Assembly: GCF_037042905.1 (NCBI RefSeq)
Contig: NC_087250.1
Coordinates: 23,314,001-23,378,000, forward strand
Direction: 5' to 3'
DNA from: Lytechinus pictus
Lineage: Eukaryota
Length of the DNA: 64,000 nucleotides
A program made the position numbers and the translations under genes. The notes under the pieces are model-generated. The model saw nothing but the letters and a program-made list of their open reading frames with translations, searched no databases and was not told the origin of the DNA. Shown in pieces: positions 54,855-64,000 of this stretch; position 1 is the first letter of the stretch, and every line of letters begins with the position of its first letter.

Positions 54855-55507
54855 GACTCCATCACCTACTGACTTCTTCAAGGAATGACTCCATGACCTA
54901 CTGACTTCTTCAGGGAATGACTCCATGACCTACTGACTTCGTCAGGGAATGACTCCATCACCTACTGACTTCGTCAGGGAATGACTCCATCACCTACTGA
55001 CTTCGTCAGGGAATGACTCCATCACCTACTGAATTCGTCAGGGAATGACTCCATCACCTACTGACTTCGTCAGGGAATGACTCCATCACCTACTGACTTC
55101 GTCAGGGAATGACTCCATCACCTACTGACTTCTTCAGGGAATGACTCCATCACCTACTGACTTCTTCAGGGAATGACTCCATGACCTACTGACTTCGTCA
55201 GGGAATGACTCCATCACCTACTGAATTCGTCAGGGAATGACTCCATCACCTACTGACTTCGTCAGGGAATGACTCCATCACCTACTGACTTCGTCAGGGA
55301 ATGACTCCATCACCTACTGAATTCGTCAGGGAATGGCTCCATCACCTACTGACTTCGTCAGGGAATGACTCCATCACCTACTGACTTCGTCAGGGAATGA
55401 CTCCATCACCTACTGACTTCTTCAGGGAATGACTCCATCACCTACTGACTTCTTCAGGGAATGACTCCATCACCTACTGACTTCTTCAGGGAATGACTCC
55501 ATCACCT
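54855..55507. repeat. 32-bp minisatellite, ~20 copies
   Basis: Unit gactccatcacctactgacttcgtcagggaat, near-identical copies, no spacers. Confidence 0.97.
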
Positions 55508-56141
55508 TAAGGTGCCGATTCAAGGGGGGGGGGGGCTATCTCCCCTTGGAAAACCTGCCCATAATGGCATAAAGACCACCTGTCATTCTGCCAATGTGAA
55601 GACCACTTTTTCTCTCTTCCACAAACGGTTCAAACATGCATGACAGTTCCTTGGTCAAGTTTATCGAGGGGAAACCCCCTCATACGATGGCCACCTGCCT
55701 ATAGAGTCCACCATTAACCCATCTTCCATATAAGCCCATATCTTAAAACGGTCTTTGTATGCAGGTCTAGATGTAAAAAGGGGACCAACGCAAAAAACTG
55801 ACCTGTACAGAAATGGTTTGGTTTTCCGAGGACAGGCATGTCTGAGAAGGAACGAGCAGGTCTCAGAAGAAGCAAGCCTTCTATTGTGATATGTACTGAT
55901 CTATTGTACCTAGACCTGTTGAAGTGGGGGGCTGGAGTGGTTCTGGAGTGGCCCTGAGTGGACCTGAAGTAGGCCCTCTGAGCATAAAATATTGGTCAAC
56001 AGACTCTGGTATGTATTGTATGTCAAGAGAATAGTATTTTCATGTGGTAAGCATACTGAGGTGACACCAAAACACAGTAGTGGGACTGTTATATTGAAAC
56101 CCTGTGTATAAATACCGATCAGACACCATTAAGTCTGTACT

Positions 56142-56306
56142 AGGCACAGACCCTGATTGAAACTTTGATCAACAATGGGTCTCCATCACTCCACGCAAAG
56201 ACTAGCACATATAAAACTTGCTGTTTCAATTCCTAAGCGAGAGGGCTTTCAGTATACAAGGCATCATAGGCTGCACATTCAGACTGTTAACTCCAGCGAA
56301 GGGTTT
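56142..56306 (+). repeat. Dispersed ~160-bp repeat, copy 2
   Basis: Homologous to 20259-20416. Confidence 0.8.
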
Positions 56307-57189
56307 AGTCAATTTTTTCTGAACACAACAATCATCGGCTCCTTGATGTGCCTTATGTTTATACATTGTATTAATAGATTTGATATCGCAATATCTGAAA
56401 TAAATTAATTGAATTGAATTGAAAAAGACTTAGAAAAGCCGACTCGTTTGGAAGGTGGTTTTATGGATATATATACAAGCTCCGTTTTAATGATGAAGTC
56501 TACCCCAATCAATTTGTGACATTAGAGACTGCTTACAGGAAGCAAACAAAATAAAGTGAGCCCACCCCCCCACAAAAAGAGCGTGGGTGTGTTTGTGTGT
56601 GTGTGATCGAGAGACAGGGGCCATCTTGATTCTTTATTTCCGTTTTGAGGTGAAGTTAATATAGATCAAAACTTTTTAAGCATATAAAAAACAGTGGATG
56701 ACATCGATGTGTGGAGGAGAGTCCGTGAGCACTGGGCGTGTGTGGGTGTTGGTGAGGGTGTGTGTGTGTGTGTGTGAGAGAGAGTGAGAGAGAAAGATAC
56801 TTGAAAGGCTCAGATGCAAATGGGACTTGTAAAGTAATGGCCCAAAAATGCTTTCTCTCTCTCCATATAACAAAAAAGGGACTAAAAACAGAAACCTTAT
56901 AACTGAGAGATCACTCTGAATGGTCCAAAGTTACCAAGTAATCGCCCTTTTTCTCCCAACTTCAAAAGTTTGTATTGACTAAATACTCCAAGGCCTTCCC
57001 ACTTATAGTTAATTCAATCAATTTGGGTCTAGCCTAGCACTTGTATGGTTTTCAGGAATTTGGCGTAGGCCTACACCTCCTTCTGTTGTGCTTGTGGCTG
57101 GGTGAGTAAAGTTTGCAGAAGATACAAGAGCTAACACCACCTTTATTTTGTATTACACAGAGAAGTCTATGACAATTTCATGAGAAAGT

Positions 57190-57541
57190 CTGTAAAACCA
57201 AGGTTAAGTATGACTATATCATCGTGGATCTAGATCTAGTACAGTTACATAAACCGAACTTTGTGAAATCATAAAATCTAAGCTGAAATACGATCACACT
57301 GAAGATCGCCAACACATATAGGCACATGTGGGACAGTATATTATTATTGCTGGAATAAAGACCAGACGGAAGTGACCGAATCCGCGCTTATTTTGCTTAT
57401 TTCTCAGCAATTACACAATTTCTTCCAGAATCCTTTGGCACATATTTTTTATTCATACAAACAGACACTTGGGTGGTCATTATATTAGATTCTGTAAAAA
57501 GTCATTTTGAGATCGTTACCAGAACTGGAATTTACCTTTAA
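57190..57541. mobile_element. Probable one-ended fragment of a TTAA-type (Kolobok-like) DNA transposon
   Basis: Ends in ...ctggaatttacct|ttaa, resembling the AGG/CCT-TTAA termini at 16353-16837. No matching left end was seen and the left boundary is approximate. Confidence 0.35.
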
Positions 57542-59475
57542 TGGCATTTGAAAAACATACAAACTTGTGTGGAGATGGATAAATGGCCAAGCATTGATCA
57601 CACAAAAATTAAAAAAATCTTTACAGATAAACAACGTATGTTTTTATGTTTGTTCGCAAATTTGACAAGGATTTGGAAGAATACTGAGACAACACTAAAT
57701 GAAAAGTCATGATAATACAGTAGCAATGAAGTTCAGAAGGATTTCTTATCTAATTAAAACTCATTAGTGCTCAAGTTGCCAATTAAATATTAAACAAAAA
57801 CTGACAATATGTTACACTTTGTATGACTGTTTTTTGTGTAAAAAGATGTGTTTGAAGAGCATTGATAATTCTGTTCTGTAAAATCATTAAAACTTATGAA
57901 GCACACACAAAAGTAATATAAATGGTTTAAACACAGGTTACCAGTCCAAACTGACCTAAATGAACTTTTCCAAGTTCTTTCAAGTAATGTTGTGCATTAT
58001 CTTAATCAATTATTGCGTGCCACATGTTGACATACATCATTAAAAGAGGTTATACACGTCAATAAAATTCCTTACAAAACTCTCTTAAACTCTCCCAAAT
58101 AATCAATAATCAATATCCTAATCACAGACTAATAGAATTATCAATTTTCTCTACATTCCTTGCACGTTCCAAAGACAGGTTTGAGAAGAAGTTTGCAAAT
58201 AGGATTACACTTATTGATTGAAGAGAAAACATGCATGGACTTGTATCCATGCATAAACTTATCTTGGGAAAATTTGACCAGTTTTTCGATTTGATATTCA
58301 GGGAATAAAGATCCTTGTTAATTAATTCTAAAGACTTGTCGATTAACAACTTAAAATTCAGAAATGTAGATTCTTTTGAAATTAATTCTGATGGATTACT
58401 AGTAATTGACTCGAAATTCAGAAATATAGGTCAATGTTCATTAAATCTTAAGCCTTGTGATCGATTGAAATTCCTTCGCAATCAATCTCAAAATCTTGAT
58501 CGAACAACCAACTTTGTGAAATTGCATTAAGGTTTATCTTCAGGACAATATTCTGAGGTATCTCAAACTATATTAATAAGTTTACTCATCCAATAACAAA
58601 AAGGAGAAACTATTTGGTATTCTCTCTCCCAGATGCAGATCCAGGAGGGGGGTGTAACTTTACTCCCCCCCCCCCCTCTTTGGCTCCCCCATCCCCATAA
58701 TTGACCAGAAATGCAAGCCATAAAAGAGAGGAAGGGGAGGGGGAGGTAGAGACGGAGAAAATGGAAATTAAAGGAGAAATAAAGATACGATTGTAGCTCT
58801 TTAGAGTGGGAAGTGGAGAAAAATGGGGAGCAGAAAGGAGGAAGAGATTGAGAGAAAGTAAGAGGGTAGGAGAATGAAGGAACAGAAAGAAGAAAGCAAA
58901 AGAATGATGGAATGAAAGTAAAATACAAGAGATAGAAGAAAACAAAGTGGAGTAAAAGTATGATGGGACAAGAGGTTATCTTGGTTTGGGCATCTTTGTA
59001 GGAAGGGATAAAAAAAATTACCCAGACATTCTTGGGAATAGTTTGGAGAAAGAAGAAACAGTGGAAGAGAGGAAGAAAGGCTACAATTTGAATCAAGACG
59101 ACAAATTTCGTGTAAAGAAAAACATTGGGTCTAACCATTCTCACAAGATAAATTCAGGAGAACATCCTTACAAATTCATCAGAAAAACTTCCTTCTTTCA
59201 CTTTTTTTTATAATACACACATACACAAAAAAATATGTCTGGCCTTCCAACAACTCATTAATCTTTACAAAATCACAGAATTTAATAAGATAACAGAAAA
59301 ATAAACAACATGCCAATCACAGATCTAACAATAGTTAATCCTCGTCTGGAGAAAGGCATTACAGGATTGCAAATTCTATCTATTGTCCGGAAAGTTTTGA
59401 CTTTTCATTTAATCATGTCCTTTTGTCGAACCACTGGGCGGTTTTTGGCGCCCGCCACGAAGCGTGGGACTTATA

Positions 59476-60023
59476 CCCTTTTTACACAGGATTTTCTTAA
59501 CCCCGGACTATCGCTAACCCCGTACTATCCTTAACCCCGTACTATTTTTTTCCTTTTCACACATGCCAAATTGTAATCGCTAACCCCGGATAAGAAATGC
59601 TTGCTTTTTACACACGAAACTCGCTAACCCCGGACTAGTGGTTTTTGTCGATCATTCGTAGTACAAGTACTTCACTCGTACCTTTTTACACACGCTAAAA
59701 TGTCCTTAACCCCGTACTATAGGTGGGGCTAAATTGCCATTTAGCCCCACCTATAGTACGGGGTTAAGCTTAGCCCACTTTCGTTTTACACTAGCGATCT
59801 TAACCCCATACTATCGCTCTTAGCACCGCAATTGCTGGGATAACCCTGCTTTTTTGCAGGGCCAAATAATCCCGTACTAAAGGTGGGGTTAGCCCACTTT
59901 GCAAAAATGCTGTGTAAAAAGAAAGTGGGCTAAGCTTAACCCCGTACTATAGGTGGGGCTAAATGGCAATTTAGCCCCACCTATAGTACGGGGTTAAGGA
60001 AATTTTAGCGTGTGTAAAAAGGG
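59476..60023. mobile_element. MITE (ttaaccccgtactat family), copy B, with nested palindromes
   Basis: TIR ccctttttacac / gtgtaaaaaggg flanked by TA. It shares internal blocks (ttagcaccgcaa, aaccct.cttttttgcagggcca, agcccactttgc) with 41305-41811. Confidence 0.88.
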
Positions 60024-63000
60024 TAAATGTGTTCGGTCAGTCCCTATCCTTCACATGTCCCAACACTGGTTAATGGTCAGCCTTAATGGTCACATGATTG
60101 ATAAAAGAACTGTCACTCGATCGGGTCAAAAATTCTTCTTTACTCTCAAAAGAAGGCGCATTCATTATGTGATCCTGCAAAGTTAACTCCCAACCAAAAC
60201 ACTGTCGCCCGTCTTACAGAATATTGACAGATTTATTGACAAACAATCCGATCTGATTTCACGGGTCATAAGCGTGAAAGAAGCAAAAGTAAAAATATCC
60301 AAGATACCGAATTTTATCTATTATGTCCATATAGAGAAAGGAAGAATAAATCTGTTTTGGTGTTTTAGGATTGTTAGTGGCTATGAATAAGATGAATTGC
60401 TGTAAATCTACATGACTGAATGCTTTGTGGATGGATTCTTCAATACTAGTAGACAACAATCTTATGCTATATAATCTCGGAACAAAACTGAAGTCGACTA
60501 GGATGAAACATTTCACACAAGGCCATCAGGCAGGTTGATCATCTAAGATGTGATATATTCCACAATAAAAGTCAACATTTTCTTTCCAAATGCGCCCTCA
60601 ATAACCATTAATTCTCCCCCATAATCGCTTTGGCTTAATCTTCTGTCATCATAAGTCAACGAAGATTGCATTTTCGCCCCTGTGGATTTCACCCTTTAGG
60701 GGAGAGCGAGATTGTCAAGTAATCGAGAGGAAATCAAATTTGTAACTTTTGATTGCCCCTTGGCAGATAATTCCACAAGCAAATGTAGAGAATAATATTC
60801 ATAAGTATATTAAAGATATAATTGTCCCCCAGCTGATTCTGTCCACCATTACTAGTTTAGACTCTTACTATGCAAGGGAAAAAGTTCAAACTGTAATGTT
60901 GGAGAGTATCTGACTATCATAAAATCAAGTAGTCAGGTATTTAGTAACTTTTCAACAGACACTTCAGCAAACAAATAGAATTACTTCTGAAAGTATATGG
61001 ATTAGGAATACAAGCTATCATCAACTTGGGTTTTGAACCAAGAACCCACCTGACTGATAGCTAACCACTACTCCACCACTGCAAAAACTATATGATGGAA
61101 GATCCCATGGAGGTAGTCAAGTTCTACTCCATGAAAATACATAGAGAAAGTTAACTAACCACCACATATCACTCTCCTTCTACAGTCAATATCCTCCTTC
61201 TGACTGACCCAATTACATTGCCTTTCAGACATTCCAATTTCCTCCCCGATACCTGGAGTATCACTTGCAGAAATACTTCAATAAATGCATTTTATTTTTG
61301 GAGCATCTTGCAGTATAAGCAAAGAAAGAGACAAATTGATGTTTCCAACATTTAATCACGGTTAACACCATTTTAGCTCTTATGAAGCCAATCAGTGATT
61401 GCACGTCTGTTTAATGGGAATGGTTTTGAACAAAACCTGAAACTGTTTTTGACTCAGAAGAAAACTGGGTTTCCAAAGGTGGATAGATTAAAACAGATCA
61501 AGACCCCCTCCCCCCCAAAAAAGAGAGAAAACAAAACTAAAGTACAAGAAACATGCAAAGACAGAAATAAATAGGGAAAATTACAGTTATGAGAGGGAAG
61601 GAGAGAGGTTATGGATTTTCCTCCACATAGAGTTGGAACTGAATTTGGGGGGGGGGGCAGCAAGAGAAAGAGAGAGATAGAGGGGGAGGGGATGAGGGGT
61701 AGATAGAGTCTAGAAATGATGATGGATTCTTTAAAAGAAATCTATTAAAAAAAACATCCCACCTCTCTCTAAAAGAAGACAAAACTCTTTTTCTTAACTG
61801 TATTTAAGATAACCAGGATGTATCAGAGCAGTGGTGTTTGAACTGGCATGTATTTTTCTTTCATAACTCAGCGCCGCTTACCAAGAAAAAGACAATTTGA
61901 TGCAAAATAGAAATGTCCACCATCCCCAATTTTCTACGAAATTGAAGCACATTGTCCGTTTATTGACCCCCCATTTCATCTTCCTTAATGCAAAAAGCAT
62001 GCAATCTCAATCAAGATGCCCCCTCCGATACAAGATTTACTTAGAATTCAATTTGCAATTTCCAATCTGGGTAATACTTCCGACATAATGAACTGGATGT
62101 ATTATTATGTTAAGTTACACTGCTTTTTTTTAAATCTCCTTTTTTGGAATACAGAGATGCACGGTGAGTCACGCTCTAAGCTCTAGCATCTATTCACCCC
62201 AATTGCAAATGCATCATACACGACAGAAAAGCCCTCTTCTCCAAAGAGCAGGGGCTTACGTCAAGACTCCTCTTAATTATCATAAGAAATTTGGAAGGGG
62301 GGCTTGAATGGGGGCATTGGGGGCAGCAGATTGGAACAAAAGCTTCATTTTTTTAAAATTCGAATCTGGCACGCACACACGTCAGAGATATAAGATAAAA
62401 AGAGCGGAAAATGAAAGGCTTACCAATTCATGTTGCTAGTCTTCTTTTTCATACTCAAATTTTCCTTTGACCAGGCATTACCCATTGAAAATAATGGTTG
62501 TCGCTTTATATTTTGGGGCAGCTTTGAATCATTCCAATTCATGCTTTCTTGTCATACTCCTTTTTCAATTTCTTATAAATGAAAAAACAAAATCAGTCGG
62601 GTAAGGAAGAGGATCTGGAAAATATCTTAACAAGACTATCACAAGGTCTGGAAAGACGAGACTACATCTCAAATGAAGTGTATTAATCTGGATCGATAGT
62701 TCAACGATTTAGTGGTCATGTGACAAAAGGAAGATGGACCAGATTAAAGACTTAGTCTGACATAAAAGAGATCCAGGAACAATGGGCTAAGGAATTTCAG
62801 CGCCAGGACAATAACGGTTCCTAGCCTTGTTTGCCCACAACGACTAGCCTCCTGAATCGTTCTTGTCACAACACCCCTCCAATACGTCTTAATGTGGTCA
62901 GATAGCCAGAAACTATGACAAAAAGTTTTTTATTAGCAGATCGGACCCCTCTCAATATTTCAATTTAATCAATACGGATGAGTTTGCAAGTATTCTTTTC

Positions 63001-63619
63001 TCTTCTTATATAAGAAATTCAAGAAACAGCATTTCCCCTGTATGTAGAGTTGTAATAATGAAATAATAAAGAAATTACCTATACATGGCCAGATATCAAA
63101 TTATTTCTCTCTAGAAATGCTAATTCTGCTCAATTTGTACAAGATCATGAATCTACCCAGATTCAAGATAATTCATTGTCAAGTATAAAAATACACAAAG
63201 TTTGCTTTGACCAAAATAGGGCAGATCAAAATTAGAGTCACTACTCATTTTACAAATGAAATACACTCTATAATTCGAAAGGATGCAAATAATGACCATT
63301 CCAATATAAGATTTAGATTTAAACTTTGTGGATTGAAATATAAAGACTAAAGATTTGAAGCTAAATCTTTGGAGATTTAAAAGTTAGTCCTTAGGATAAA
63401 AAAATAAATCCAATATTTGGCTGATCAATTTTCACTGCCGTACTAGGTTTATTTCAAATCCTTGAAATCTAGAATGTACCGCTAGCATTTCATCGTAATT
63501 TTATGATCACTTTCTGACAATTATTTTTTCCTTTAATAAAGGGAAAAACATATTTTATTGTGTCTCATTAACCTTTATCATTCTTTCTCCCTGCATTCAA
63601 TGAATATCAATGAACATCC

Positions 63620-63760
63620 TGGGAATGCTTCATGAGGTATCTTATCAATGATTTTTACTGAGAAAGTTGCTCTAAGCCAATCAGATGCAAGGATTTCAGT
63701 AGCTTATTACAAATACACAGTGAAAACCACTGCCTATTTGCTTCAAGGAATGCTCACCCT
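63620..63760. mobile_element. Short MITE (agccaatcagatgc family)
   Basis: Core aagccaatcagatgcaaggatttcagtagcttattac with degenerate inverted ends. Confidence 0.7.
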
Positions 63761-64000
63761 ATTCTGCCCATCTCTTTTGTGCTATGCCTATTTAGCAGCG
63801 AGACAGTCCGGTTGACTTTTTGAGAAAGTTGTTGCTTTTATGACTTAATCCGGGGGCAGGGTTGAGCGGAATGATCGTTCATATGTTTTTATTTACAATG
63901 TTTTCATTCAGCTAACCTGGTATGGGATGCTATTAATGATGTATATTTGTGTAGAAAGTGCTAAAAATCCTTCACAGGTGACAACATTACAGACAGACTA

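Noticed and set aside
54855..55507. CRISPR-like array or tandem hammerhead ribozyme (CTGACGA on the minus strand)
   Set aside because: There are no unique spacers or cas genes. The hammerhead GAAA core and stems I/III are missing.

Overview
AT-rich eukaryotic genomic DNA from an animal. The repeat landscape and gene content suggest a marine invertebrate deuterostome such as a sea urchin (inference only). It holds two convergent partial genes. The first is the last coding exon of a galactose-3-O-sulfotransferase-like gene (+, 344-1298). The second is a spliced ephrin gene (-) that the ORF track mostly misses: four exons at 12621-15458 splice in frame into an ephrin domain, a Thr-rich mucin-like stalk and a GPI-signal-like C-terminus. 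I could not find its first exon, so 15.5-64 kb is probably a very large first intron. That stretch holds a 5'-truncated L1/Tx1-clade LINE with a 16-bp TSD and a 32-bp hairpin-containing minisatellite. tRNA-derived SINEs and many non-autonomous DNA transposons (MITEs) are scattered across the window, and there is a 3.9-kb compound (CAT/CAC)n array at 2.3-6.2 kb. I see no prokaryote-type system (CRISPR, operon). Most short ORFs in the track are low-complexity or chance ORFs.
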